A DNA stretch of 64,000 bases, from assembly GCA_004764695.1 (NCBI GenBank), contig SMSO01000007.1:1743270-1807269 (forward strand), read 5' to 3'. Made by a program: the position numbers and the translations under genes. Below the pieces are notes generated by a model, which was given only the letters and a program-made list of their open reading frames with translations, searched no databases and was not told the origin of the DNA. This stretch comes from Schizochytrium sp. TIO01. Lineage: Eukaryota > Protista > Bigyra: Labyrinthulomycetes. Numbering within the stretch: position 1 is the first letter of the stretch; the number at the start of each line of letters is the position of its first letter. Shown here one piece after another: positions 33,301 through 44,600 of this stretch.

Positions 33301-33328
33301 GTGGTGAAGGGTCCGGGCGGCGATGCAT
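30326..33328 (-). CDS. MYB3R: R1R2R3-MYB (3R-MYB) transcription factor with polyQ, HQ and Ser-rich regions
   Basis: Three MYB repeats at ~32540-32080: WTREED...RSDVQCLHRWQKVL.P, GLVKGPWT.EED...GRIGKQCRERW.NHLDP and WT.DEE...GNRW.EIAKLLPGR.ENAVKNRWNS. Confidence 0.95.
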   Translation of the reverse strand: MHRRPDPSPRALVTKRDEPPSPAFSPAGLASFAFTKNINAKRQNLQPSPLHRTQMPHHELLRQQVAQHMKLTDTPALIQIPASKNSKQEPHSNDNQSSSGNINNTHDSDISVSSTGTLTANISSSNSNNNNNSQATSNSSMSMNDKNMGYGVATQTGHHVHRIHTHSHAHTHSHMVASINNSENMHNANTNSFGAPSQPVKKANAFPMPMAKPQQQQQQQQQQQQQQQQQSSGRPMSASSSSSSSMNAMGMKSESDEPRLGGGGRWTREEDAKLREGVTAIGATKWKKISEEYLGGRRSDVQCLHRWQKVLRPGLVKGPWTEEEDNMIRACIDRKITKWSEIAERIPGRIGKQCRERWFNHLDPTIDHSTWTEDEEKVLVTAQATYGNRWCEIAKLLPGRPENAVKNRWNSAIRRKWQLKLGLTVTDNKGKPIEPQPSKASSTLPLPALVPVVKKKPATSHHSQQQQQQQQQQQQQQQQQASHSHMQMPHQHQHQHQHKHQHQHQHQSQHQHQHQHQHQHQHQHQEPVHLHQHQQASTARTILMSQSNMISSASTPSMSVASLSSAPVASHSIGSGNGSAQSSASEISIPRPISEAKKSSSSSMMSTTSSSSQNTASRKPKVIQSAQMTTFAGSYSDPMLTVTSTTAPVTRKPRKPTKKKAEPAVSASILAANMNPIAPCPMGTDFSLTMDDMALINLDETSIKTKKATKPRKPRAPKKDGPAKPRKPRQSKKKAAADQAAAEAEMHDQMYHQQHYGNYGSNSQQHQQYSSQSQYQRQQSSNTTIPIVVPPLDMQFTQPMSSAASPIGPLQWDFNGSDLNLDFSQADFASLGLDTDLFLQPGSTKHANQLATTPSQRYVMQQQQQQQHHQQQQQAKYTHHQHQRLQHMLQTPRHGQQMSCDTPSNSGQKQHASGHPFSQGQRRQGGARTAPGNALVSPSPIGPMPTWDNFEGGNLDRGMASLTLSMLESDFDGLGPGPKTDDSFGVNWAAGALNLPFSPT

Positions 33329-36300
33329 GATGCCAAATTGATTATAGTTGCAAGTAAGTCTTGATTTAGCTGCACTCTATAGACGACTGAATATGTTGAA
33401 GTTGTAGTAGAAGAAGTTTTGGTTGCGAATGTATAGCCTGTACGTATCAAAGACCAAACAGTGTAGCAAAGTCCTTTGCGTTAGTTGAACAATTCTCTCG
33501 CTGTTGGGCAAGGATCGGGTTTGACGAATTAAGGAATGTTTGATTGAGTGCATGTCCAAGCGTCGGCGCTTGCTTGGTTGTCAGCTCAGTTTTGCCTGAA
33601 CCAGCGAGACGAGCGAACCCACAATTCAGGGGACTGTTGCTTCAGCAAATTCGGTCTCGCGCTCAAGCCCAAGAGAGTCACAAGCCCATCTAAAGCTGTC
33701 ACATCCAGATCACTATTACTTACTGCACAAGCCACACGAACCACCCTGCTTACCACCAGCGAGGTCGCACCACCGGCGTCCTCGCGAGTCGAATGCCGAG
33801 TTTTGGGTGTCCTGGCCAGGAATGAATGTCAGTCAAGCCCACTTTGCTGCTTGGCTGTCCCTTCTTCTTCTCAAGAGGGTCTCCTCGATTGCTTAACAAC
33901 CCCTTAGTGCTCCTTTACTTGCTTGCTTTCCCATCCCTACTCAACCTAGTTCTTTCCCAGTCCCCGTCTTACGTGCGTGCATAGCACCTTCATAGGGCTC
34001 TTCCTAAGTCCCAAGACCAACTAGCCGTTACGAAGAGTAACGCTCACAGGTTGGCCCGCCTACCCCCCTCGGAGGGGGCAGCCTGGGAGCGGAAGGCTAC
34101 AACATTGCGCCCCTCCTTCGCTGCTGAGCGTGGGCGTGAATGAATAGTTAGCAGGAAGGCTCTCGCCTCTGCATGCTGACGCCCATATTTGGCTACCTCA
34201 TGCTGCCAAGAGGCCTGGATGCGGTGATCTGGCCTACTCGAAGCGAAACGCCAAGTGCTCTTCATGCGACCATCACCCTTACTGGTCGCTTAGCGCAAAA
34301 GCTAGCAGTCGAGAGGTACAGCGGACTAGCCCTCTCCCCGCTGCGATTAATTCCGAAAAGGTGCAGCGCACATGTTTAGCTAAATTGCGCGAACCGGGCA
34401 CTTTTAGAGAGGAGGAGTATCGGCAAGGGCGATCCTGAAATGCCTGGCACGAAGAGGTGATCCATGTTTACTATTGGCCAATCTTAGGAACAAAGCTACA
34501 CGTTCAATCGCAACCATCTTCGCATTTCAACCCTACATCCCCCCTCATCTTGTTCGTCAATTGAACTTTGTGAATTACTGCAAGTGCTATTTTCTTAACG
34601 TTGAGCGGCTTGTCTTACATATTTAAGCCTTTTCCTTTTTCTTTTTTCTACGATGGCCAGTTTTTGATCCAAAATTAATATGGTGGTGATGGCGCTGTGG
34701 ACTCTGAAGGATATCGATGCATTTATATGTGCGAAAGCTTTGAAAGAATGACAAAGCGTTTTTTTTCTGAAAGGAATTTGCACACATAAACAAAAACTGT
34801 AAATGAAATGCGATTTTTTCTCCACCATTTTTCACAAAGCAAAGTATTCCTTACACTTGAACCTATCTTTTTTTATGTGAACTATTTTTCATACTGTAGA
34901 AATGATAGATGCGAAGGCACCACATTTGATCTCTTTTACAATGTTGAGAAACTTACTCATTGCTCCAGTGAAAACTTGCTTTGGAAAATCCAATAGACGA
35001 TTAATTTGGGAGCAAATAGCTCCAGGATCCTCACTGGATAACAGCTTACAGCTAGATATGTCAGATACACCTCTGAGGATTCTGCCTTCGTTGACATTTC
35101 TTCTGCTCTAAATGGTGGGTAATGAACGTATCTGAGTGACTACCACCATGTTGAGATATCAGAATGCCTTTATTCTGATAATTACATGTTGGAGTTTCTT
35201 AAACTATTTTGCAGTAGCTTCATGCACAACCAGAAGATGACTTTTCGTGCGCGAAGACGTGCTCGCACTGCTCATGCAACCGTTGCAAAATACTCGCCAA
35301 GTTTGACCAAGTAAGCGTTGGCGAGCAGTTCGCAATGGATAGTGAAGCTAACACAATGCGATTTCATCTTATGGACTGACGTTTGGGTTTCCCATAGAAG
35401 TTGGTTTTTGAAGTGGATATCAAAGCTTCCAATTTCTACATAGAGAAAGATTTGACAATATGAGTTTTTAGGAAATTACAGAGCCAGAAATCAATAAAGA
35501 TTTTGGAACATTTACGTGAAGGTTTCCAGCCAGGAAAGAGCGCCTCATAGGCTATTATTGCTTATCTTCGTTTGAAATTTTGTGTTGAAAGTAGCCAGGG
35601 TTTCTCATTTTTCTTGAATAGTACTTGGCGGAGTGTGGCGTTAGTAGGCGTGAGATATGATAAAACTTGCGATCTTCTCAACCAAATGTTAAATTGCAGG
35701 ATAAAGGCAAGATGCTTGAAGTCCGGGTGGTTTTTAGAAGCCTTCAAAGGGCTCTCCAAAATTAGGCATTGACATAAACGATCTGCAGACCAAGAATGCC
35801 AATTTAAATATGGAGTGGTATATAAGTTAATTAAAAAACTAACATAAACGCCATCTGAATTAAGCAGAGCTAAAAAGCTTAGGCTACTTGATCCCCTCTG
35901 CCATAAAAATCTTCACTTTATTTTGTAGATGTCTGTGAACCCGTAATTTCGTTTTTTTTTTTTTAAAACTTGTTTGACCTATTTCAGTCTAACCCTTGTA
36001 CAGTAGCACCTATGACTCTAGCAATGTCTTGCCCACATGATTGATTCTTTCATTCAGAATCTTGACAGTACGTTCTTTAATCAACACAGAATGAAAAATA
36101 CACCGCAGTTACTCTGAGTAAAAACACATTTTGAGCGCGAAGTAAGTACACTGTCAGACTTGCTGAATAGTTGCTATTATCATTCAACTTGTTAACTTTC
36201 AACAATGCAGAGTTCGTGCGCGCTTTCATTGAAGCATGATCATTATAGCATGAGGTGGTATTAGCGTTATTAACTGAAGGTACTGTTGGTGACAAACCCG

Positions 36301-36403
36301 GGTATTCTTTTATCATATATTTATTACACAAAGCCCAAGATCGTGCCTTGCGTCAGAAAGGTCTTTAATTTCCTCCGCTAAAGTTAACCATCGGAAAACC
36401 AAA

Positions 36404-36850
36404 TCGACGATTCCAGAGTCCATATTGACGCTTTTCGTGTTAGAACGCTATACATTTTGGTACGGAACATGCTATGATATTTATATACTAGATATGTGAC
36501 ATATTCCAAAGCGGGGGACTCAGCTTTTTTGGATCGGACTTGAGCTGTGGATGTCGGACTATGAAACGCTACAGTAAAAAATTGATTGTGCATCAAGCCC
36601 CGAAAGCTCTGAGTTAAAGTTGGTGTTGCCAGTCTGTTCATCATGAAGTCGCATGTTCTTGTTGAACCGATGCAAAGCAGAGGCCAAAGACTCCTCAGTC
36701 TTGACAACAAACACTACTGCGCCTAGTAGTCTATCATCATTTGAAGAAGAAGGCGCAACATTTTTTAATAAGAACCCCATGATATTGAAAAAGTGGACAA
36801 AGATGAAGTAGTCAGGATACTGTTTCGATACTATCATGGCAGCTAAAACA
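36404..36850 (+). mobile_element. Decayed Ty3/Gypsy-like RNase H fragment, possibly extending to the integrase N-terminus
   Basis: A single frame from 36404 reads STIPESILTLFVLERYTFWYGTCYDIYILDM*...QLFWIGLELWMSDYET (cf. STIEKE.LAIV.AL..F..YL.G..F.IYTDH...RL.RW.L.L..YDY.I). DEVVRILFRYYHGS follows at 36802-36843. By-eye match only. Confidence 0.35.
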
Positions 36851-37321
36851 TACGCAATAAAGGGTGCAAAGCTTCTGAATTTATGGTTGACGTGTTGGGG
36901 CTTCTCGTTGCACGGGATGATTTGCAGTTTTGCAGAAGAAGGTTCAACTGATCTGTCGCCTTTGCAACTGAGACGACCTTAAAAAAAGCAAAAGAAAAGA
37001 TATTGTACCTGTATTACATAATCGTACTATGGGTCACTACGGTGGGACTGTGCAAAGTCAGTCCACCCGAAGTTAAGCCCTTTGGACCTTGGCCGGTCCG
37101 CGCCCTTGGACTTGGCGGGTCCAAAGCAGCAAACCCCAAAGTATCTTTTGGTTTGGTAAGTAGTTGTGTAGTTCCGAATCGCCTGCCGAAGAGTCGCAGT
37201 GTTTGCTTCGTTTGAGCTTTGCGGTTGACCTTAAGAAATCTACAAAGACAAGGAAAACTAATCTCGTCGGTGGGGAAAGTACAGACCGGTATCTTTGTCA
37301 AGAAGACCACTTTGAGGCAAA

Positions 37322-38593
37322 ATGAAGAAGAGCCCACAGGCACTTGAGCCCTTTGGCGATCAACTCACCTTTGCGGAACCGTATTGGTGCCAAGGGTTCC
37401 CATCGCCGTACTACAAAAAGTCCCATGTTGAATTCCGCAACAAGGTTCGTGCTTTTGTGGAAAAGGAGATTATGCCCCATCTCGAGGACTGGCTCGATGC
37501 CAATGAGCTCTACCCGCTTGAACTGCACACCAAGGCCTACGAAGCCGGTATTTCTGGTGTTCTGTATCCTACAGAATGGGGTGGCACTCGCCCGGATGAC
37601 TTTGACTCTTTTCACGAGCTTATCCTTTGGCAGGAACTTGCGCGCCCTGGTGGTGGCGGTGCTCTTGGCCAATTGTCCATTAATTCGATGGCATTGCCGC
37701 CGATCATGCGTTTCGCATCGGACTATATCAAGCAGAAGGTTCTGCGCGATGTGATTACAGGCAAGAAAAACTGCTCGCTCATGATTTCCGAGCCCTGGGC
37801 TGGTTCCGATGTAGCAAACATTCGCACGACTGCCCGCCGCGAGGGCGACTACTACATTGTAGACGGCGAGAAGAAGTGGATCACAGGCTCTCTCATTGCG
37901 GATTACTGGACTTGTCTTGTTCGCACTGGCGGTGAGGGTGCAGGTGGTCTCTCTTGCCTGTTGATTGAAAAGAACATGCCTGGTATCAAGATTCGCAAGA
38001 TGAAGACACAATTTGACAACACGCACAACACGTGCCAAGTATCGCTTAATGAGGTCAAGGTCCCGGTGGAGAACCTCATTGGCGAGGAGGGTAAGGGTTT
38101 CACTTACCTGACGGTGAACTTTAATCACGAACGATTTGTCATTGCAGCAGGCACATGCATGAGCTCTCGCCTTTGCTACCAGGAGGCTTTCCATGAGGCA
38201 ATGACCCGCAAGACCTTTGGTCAGAAATTGATTGATTCTCAAATCATTCGTTTTAAGCTTGCCGAGATGGCACGACAAATCGAGGCTTTGCAGGATCACT
38301 TGGAACGAATTGCCTACGCTTTTTCTAATGGAGTGCCAGATGCTGCCTTGGGTCCTCAATGCGCTTTGCTGAAGGTGCAGGCTTCCAAGACATTCGAGTA
38401 CTGCGCTCGTGAGGCCGTCCAGGTGTTTGGTGGTAGTGGTCTTGTCAGCGAGGGTCGTGGACGCAAGGTAGAACGTTTGTATCGTGAAGTACGTGGCGCT
38501 GCCATTCCAGGTGGTAGTGAGGAGATTCTTGCCGATTTTGCTATTCGTCGTGCCTACGCAGAAGCACTCAAGAGCAAGTCTTCCCGTATCTAA
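37322..38593 (+). CDS. Acyl-CoA dehydrogenase (ACAD family) with a possible peroxisomal PTS1 (SRI)
   Basis: ISEP.AGSDVA.I.TTA, YIVDGEKKWIT, V.VPVENLIGEEGKGF, NFNHERF, RKTFGQKL, A.Q.FGG.G and IPGGSEEI motifs. Confidence 0.95.
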   Translation: MKKSPQALEPFGDQLTFAEPYWCQGFPSPYYKKSHVEFRNKVRAFVEKEIMPHLEDWLDANELYPLELHTKAYEAGISGVLYPTEWGGTRPDDFDSFHELILWQELARPGGGGALGQLSINSMALPPIMRFASDYIKQKVLRDVITGKKNCSLMISEPWAGSDVANIRTTARREGDYYIVDGEKKWITGSLIADYWTCLVRTGGEGAGGLSCLLIEKNMPGIKIRKMKTQFDNTHNTCQVSLNEVKVPVENLIGEEGKGFTYLTVNFNHERFVIAAGTCMSSRLCYQEAFHEAMTRKTFGQKLIDSQIIRFKLAEMARQIEALQDHLERIAYAFSNGVPDAALGPQCALLKVQASKTFEYCAREAVQVFGGSGLVSEGRGRKVERLYREVRGAAIPGGSEEILADFAIRRAYAEALKSKSSRI

Positions 38594-39632
38594 GTGCAAT
38601 TCTCCTTACTCTTGTTCCCATTTTCTTATCCCAGACGCTTATTTACAACTCCAATCCAACATTTCTTATCTCTATAAAATAATACACTGATTTTGTTTTG
38701 TGTATGTTGTATTTAAAATTATGTTTAATTCTCGTGGAAAGTTTGGATAGAGAAAAGTACCACCGTCTATTTGAAAGGGATCATTTATGTAGAACTGAAT
38801 CATTCCTTACGTACTCTTCAAGTGCAGTGCGCCAATATTCAACATTAATGTGCGATAAGCGTGAATTGCGACGTTAGAAAACCGGTTGCTGTCTCAGCTA
38901 AAGCTGCGACTAAATTAAAGATGTGCTTTTTACGTTTATGAAAATGCCTGGGAGGTCTACGGGAAGGGACTACGAAGGCGACGTATATTATTAAAGAAGG
39001 TGATGTGGTTTCACAAAGCTTTGGTATTAGATATTTGATGAGACCGCAAGTTGATCTGTTTAGATCAACAAAAGCTAGACAACACAAACGTTGTGCATTG
39101 CTACACGATGGGGAACCGAAGGCTCTTGACGAAATACAAGACATGAGGGAAAAGTACCAAAGTACCAATATATATCAAGGATGTATGATGGGATATGAAA
39201 GACTTTACTTTGGAAGTTGGAGAGTCTAAAATGGTACCTACATATACTTTATGATCTTGATTCAGGTTTAAAACAGAACAACACAGAAAACTAAGAATGA
39301 GAAAGACAGAAGGTATGGTGTATGCATATTTTAAGACAGGAACCTTTACATGTCTCTAGTTTTTAACAAACTAGGTGCATGTGTTCAAAAACATCAGTGC
39401 TAGTGTCCAAAAAAGTGAAGGGGTAGGGAGTAAATTGAATATAAACCAATCTCGAAAGAGGAAAGAATTGGGTAATGAAAGAGAGCATGAGCATGAAAAT
39501 ATTGTGGGTGTAATGAAAACAAATTTGGAAATATAACTCTACGTCGGTAGCATGCTGCTGCTACAGCTGTACAGTAGCCGAATCCGTAGAAGGTGTAGGT
39601 GGCTGGATAGGATTTGATAAGAAGGTATTCTT

Positions 39633-41288
39633 TCAGCCGTCTATTTTTTCGTGTTTCATGTAAGCGTTCATCCACTTACCGTAGGAGCTCCGAGTGACAG
39701 GCTCACTGGAAAGAACAATGTCAGTGGGCCCATGAGACTGTGCGTCCATGTTACATGAGCGAGAATGTTTTTGACATTTTCGGTGAAAGACAACGATGGT
39801 GCATCCTTGGCCAGACGAGTTTGTTTTCTGATTACCAGCAAGGTTACTTGCAGTGGATGACGCGGTTGAATATGCCTTCTTCTTCAGTGACCTGATTTTC
39901 TTGGTGAAAAAGTCAGCAGATGTTTTCTTTTTGTGGAAGCGGTCAGCACGGCGCTCTCGATCTTTGACGACGAGCTCAAGCTGCTTGAGTTTGTGGTCTT
40001 CGGGGACAAAGCAGCCCGTGTTAATCAGAGACATCGCTTCCACAATCTCATCCATCGAGGTTTCCAAAACAGGCTTCGAGAGCACCTCGGCGAAGTTACT
40101 TGGCTGCACTTGAACTCGCTGAGGCGGGCGCTCGGCAATAGGGGATACACATTCGAGCCTGCGTTTTTTATGCTCTACTGCCATCGCACTACTGAACCCG
40201 CTTCCAAGGCCTCCGCTGAGAGAACGTGCAGCCAGTGCAGCAGTGAGTGGGGTGTGAACACCTCTGCGGTCGATTCCGGTGGAATCCTGATTGTGGATAA
40301 TATTGCGAAGGAGCTCGACGGAGCTCTCTGACATTTCAGACATGCCACTGTGGAGAGCATTGATGAGTGCTTTAGGGTCAGACGTGCTGCGGAACATCTG
40401 GGGATTTGAAAGTCCTGAGTGTTGAAAGGTAAAGTTATTGTTTTGACCGTTTCCTCCATCGTCAACATCCATGCCACTGAATCCACGGCGCTGTTGTTGC
40501 TGTTGCTGTTGCTGGTGCTGGGGACCGCCACCTTGTGGTTGATTTGCAGGAGCTCCACGGCTTCCGAGCGAGCTCCATGGACTCATCAAGTAGTCGTCGT
40601 TCTTGCGAATATTAAAGCTGCTAAGTAGGGGCATTTTCGAGTACAATCCAGACATGTTGCTGCCAAAGTGCTGCAGAGTGCCGGAGTTAAAATGCTGAAG
40701 CGATCCCTCGCTATTGTGTGACTGCATGGCGTGCGGATTATGGAGTTGAAGGGAGCTACTGTTATATGATTTGAGGAGGGTTTTGTTGTTGTCGTTGCTA
40801 TTGTTGTTCTGGCCCGATGAGAAATTAAGCGAGCTAGGTGTTTCCAGAGAGGAGGACATAATATCGCTGTTGTTGTTATTAACAAATGAGTTGTTAGGCA
40901 TGTTTTGGTTGCCTCCTGCATTGTTGATGTTGGTGTTATGGTTGCCATGGTTGTTGTTGTTGTTGTTGTTGTTGTTGCCATTGTTGTTCTTATTGAGTGA
41001 GTTGAGGTGCATATTGAGATTGAAGCCACTGAGGCCGGGAATACCACTGAGGCTTTTGGTGTTTCGGCCAAAGTCATTTCCGGGATTGTTGGCGTGCGGG
41101 TTGTTATTGTTGTTATTACCGATGCCATCGCCACCGCCGCTCATATTATTGTTGTTGAGATTTCCTGTGTTCATGTGGGCATTCGAAACACCAGGTCCAT
41201 GATTCAGGTGCGAATACGAGCTCGTGTTGAGCCCACTTCCACTGAGCGTCATGTCTTCGTGAATAGTCTGATCTAGCCTCCCTTGCAT
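39633..41288 (-). CDS. Orphan protein: Asn/Gly/Ser-rich low-complexity N-terminus, polyQ, NLS-like KKRR and a basic folded C-terminal region
   Basis: 551-codon ORF from ATG 41288. Coding-like composition. No recognisable family motif. Confidence 0.8.
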   Translation of the reverse strand: MQGRLDQTIHEDMTLSGSGLNTSSYSHLNHGPGVSNAHMNTGNLNNNNMSGGGDGIGNNNNNNPHANNPGNDFGRNTKSLSGIPGLSGFNLNMHLNSLNKNNNGNNNNNNNNNHGNHNTNINNAGGNQNMPNNSFVNNNNSDIMSSSLETPSSLNFSSGQNNNSNDNNKTLLKSYNSSSLQLHNPHAMQSHNSEGSLQHFNSGTLQHFGSNMSGLYSKMPLLSSFNIRKNDDYLMSPWSSLGSRGAPANQPQGGGPQHQQQQQQQQRRGFSGMDVDDGGNGQNNNFTFQHSGLSNPQMFRSTSDPKALINALHSGMSEMSESSVELLRNIIHNQDSTGIDRRGVHTPLTAALAARSLSGGLGSGFSSAMAVEHKKRRLECVSPIAERPPQRVQVQPSNFAEVLSKPVLETSMDEIVEAMSLINTGCFVPEDHKLKQLELVVKDRERRADRFHKKKTSADFFTKKIRSLKKKAYSTASSTASNLAGNQKTNSSGQGCTIVVFHRKCQKHSRSCNMDAQSHGPTDIVLSSEPVTRSSYGKWMNAYMKHEKIDG

Positions 41289-42777
41289 GATCTTGCCGCG
41301 CACGCGGCTTCTTCAGCAGAGACAGGTCCTTTTCCCTGCGTACAGAGTGTATATATATGGAGCAAGCAGGCAAGCACTATACTTGACTTGACCAAACAAA
41401 TGAGACGCCTACGGCCTTGATCCTCACAAAGTTGGCACGCACAGTACGGAGGTATAGCTCTTTCAAGTCGAGCTTCGACTCGGTGCTTTGCGTGGTCTGT
41501 GCAAGTCCGTCGCGGGCTCGCCCAAACCTAAGGAAAAAGGTAGAAGAAGAACGAGCAAGCAGAAGAAGGAGAAGAAAGAGGTCGAAAGATGCCCGATGCG
41601 GTGTCTTCTAGCGGCTGAAGAGTCTTACAGCCAAATGGACCGGTACGACTGGGATGCGCTGCTCGCTGCTTTCCTTGCTCCGCTCTCGCTTTCACGGACT
41701 GTCTGGTGGCAGTGGTTGCAGAGACAGCTTGCCACCGAAGGCAATGGACTCGTGAGGATTCAGAAATTGAATGAGAAAGATTGACAAAGTGAAAGAGCGC
41801 CTTTTTATAGCAAGTGAATGAGCCAGCAGCACTGCTCGGCTTCGACGAAGCCTGCACGATCGGGTGACGAGCTGTTCGCTCGAGGGTTGGTCGGCAGCCG
41901 TTCGCTCGCCGACGGGGACGAGCTCGAGTTCGAGTTGTTGCAGTCGATGATTGTCTGCTGTTGTTGCTTATTCCTCCACGTCCATCCCAAGTGAAACTAT
42001 TGAAACTATCGAAACTTCTATTGAAACTACTCTAATACAATTTCTATTATTTTAATTTCCCTCCCAGTGAAAATAAGTATTACTCCCTATTTATTCGATT
42101 TATCACATAAAATAGAAATAACATATTCCTTTAAACAAAGAAAGACGTAGAATAATTTTTTAATCCTTAAAATTCTTTCATATCTACAAACCCTCACTTA
42201 CCATCTTTAAACTAAACATTGTTTACTCTATATATTTATTATTTTTGAAATAATATAAATAATATAAATAATATAAATATTCTTAAAATTAAAATTAAAA
42301 ATTAAAACAGAATTAAGACTAAAAATAAAACCAATTGGCACACGTCCATAAAAAGGTGTCAAAGAAAGTGATCGGGAAACGATATCAGTTTTTTCAATTC
42401 CCACTTTCTGATGAACGTCATTCAAATATGTGTAGGTAGATATTGCAGACTACCTCCCAACTTCTTCCAACCTATTGGTTGCTGTACAAATCTTGAAAAC
42501 CGAGTCTTTCTTCAAAGGACGTAAAAGACGGTAAGTTAGCTACTTACTTCCCTCTCCACGTTGCTATCTCTTTGTCTATCCACTATCCACTATCATCTAT
42601 CTATCTATCCATCTATCTATCTATCTATCTCGAAAAACACGAGTTCTCTCTCTCAAAGATCGATGACGAGGATGGTCGTCACAGCTTTGAGCACCTTCGA
42701 TGTTGCATGTGTATATGATGCCTGAAGGGGCTTTCTGCTGTAGTAGTGACGACGATCGTTCAGAATGATTGAATCCA

Positions 42778-42840
42778 TTGTTGTTTGTTTGTTAATTTGT
42801 TTGTTTGTTAATTTGTTTGTTTGTTTGTTTGTTTGTTTGT
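42778..42840. repeat. (TTTG)n microsatellite, interrupted
   Basis: Directly visible. Confidence 0.9.
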
Positions 42841-43133
42841 ATTCTGTATATCAGTCCCAATCCACACCATCGCTACTAACAGGTACCTTTCTTTGTCTTT
42901 GCATTTCGAATCAATCAAAATGGTGCATAGGTGGGTAGCTCGCTCTATAGTGCTAGTTACTATTTACTACCACTCCAAGTTTTTCCTTCTTTCAGTTTTA
43001 TCTACAAATAAACAAATAAACAAATAAATCGATTTTCTTAACTTTGAAAACAAAACAGCAAGTAAAATCATGCATAGATAAAACCTACTCAGCCAAGACA
43101 ACGAACGTGTGTGAATAAACAAAATTAAACCAG

Positions 43134-43239
43134 CAAACAAACAAACAAACAAACAAACAAACAAACAAACAAACAAACAAACAAACAAACAAACAAACAA
43201 ACAAACAAACAAACAAACAAACAAACAAACAAACAAACA
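43134..43239. repeat. (CAAA)n microsatellite, ~26 perfect copies
   Basis: Directly visible. Confidence 0.97.
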
Positions 43240-44390
43240 GTGGAAAGCGCAAAGACGCGTTTCTCTGCGGCAGACTCAGAGATTCTTCGTCGTTCGGTCT
43301 GCGAACCGTTCCCTCCACACCTGTCGTCCCTCCTGCGCTCTGCTTTCTTGGGCCTACTTCTTAGTATTGCCATCCTCTGCGCTCCGTCTCCGTCCAACAT
43401 CAACCTGACCTGTTTGTTATCACCTGGGTAGTGAGTACATACTTACGTACTTACATACTTACATACATATTTACATACATACATACATACATACTTATGT
43501 AGTGGTAGCTGCTTTCCACCTTCTTCTCCACAGGCAAATTCATCTCTTTATCAATCCGTCTATCTCCCTATCATTCTCTCATACATCCGCTATTTCTTGG
43601 GAAGAAAAGAAGACTTAAACTAAAAATAATACAAATAAAATGCTTATTTAACTTAATTTAATTTAATTTAATTTAAATTTATTTTTAGAATTAAAGGATC
43701 TGTTAGTATTGTTATTCGATTAAGGTAGAGAAGGAGTGGGTTTCGCTTAGCTGAATAGAAGCTAACACTACTGCATAGTAGGTAAATGAAGTCTTTTTAT
43801 GATCGAGTGAGTGAGCGACTCGGAATGAATGAATGAATGAATGAATGAATCGAAAATCTTAGTTGTGACTATGGATGATGTGGTGATGGTTTTCATATAC
43901 TTGAGGCAGAACTGGGTTTCTGTTTGTTTTGTATTTCCTCCATAGTAGGTCTTCTTCATTCGTTCAAGCATGGCCGATCGATCCTTTCGTGGTAAGCGCA
44001 CGTTTCGCGAGCTTGAAACGAAAAGGAGAAACGTTTCTGCTTTTGGGTGAAAATGGCATCGACCATTGAAGTTTCAAGAAACTCTCCCACCGATGGATAC
44101 ATTTTACTTCCCAAAGGTGCGCAAGGATTCTGTCAAAAAGGAGGAGAAGCCCGACTCTTAGCACCCTTTACTCACTACTTGTAGATGAGGTATTTCTGCA
44201 AGTTCAAGGACTCTGCTGAGTACCGATGATCACTTGGGCTGTCTTAGTGACTGGTACGGTTAAGCATAAGAGGCTGCAGGAGTCTCTCCTCTCTTCCTTT
44301 TCTTCTGTGGAACTCAATCAGTAAACCCCAATATTGCAAGCACTTGGGTTCACAGTTGTGGATGTGCAGAAGCAGACAACTCCTGACCAA

Positions 44391-44600
44391 CACTGCAAGG
44401 TACCGGGGCTTTATGGCCACGGCCATTTTGGTCTTGCTTCGAGGCATCAATCCACGTCACTCCGTGGGCAGGCAGCCTCCGGTCATTGAATGAACGCCAC
44501 GCCAGTCTATCATCGCTGTCTTGCAGTAAAGCAAAGAACCTGGGTCCCAAGGACCGGCCGTTCCGAGCTTCTTTCTGGAAAAAGAACAGCTCGCTCTGAG
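44391..44600 (+). mobile_element. Possible decayed retroelement integrase zinc-finger fragment
   Basis: H-x8-H(44418)-x29-Y(TAT, one transition from Cys)-x2-C followed by LAVK....VPR. The x29 spacing equals the Ty3-type H-x6-H-x29-C-x2-C pattern. One internal stop. Confidence 0.25.

Noticed and set aside
37298-38599. 433-aa antisense ORF covering the acyl-CoA dehydrogenase
   Set aside because: Codon-registered shadow of a biased CDS, with no motif and no ATG at its start.
42821-43431. FVCL-repeat ORFs (also 48844-49146, 52486-52836 and 58943-59209)
   Set aside because: Translations of microsatellite or purine tracts, not genes.
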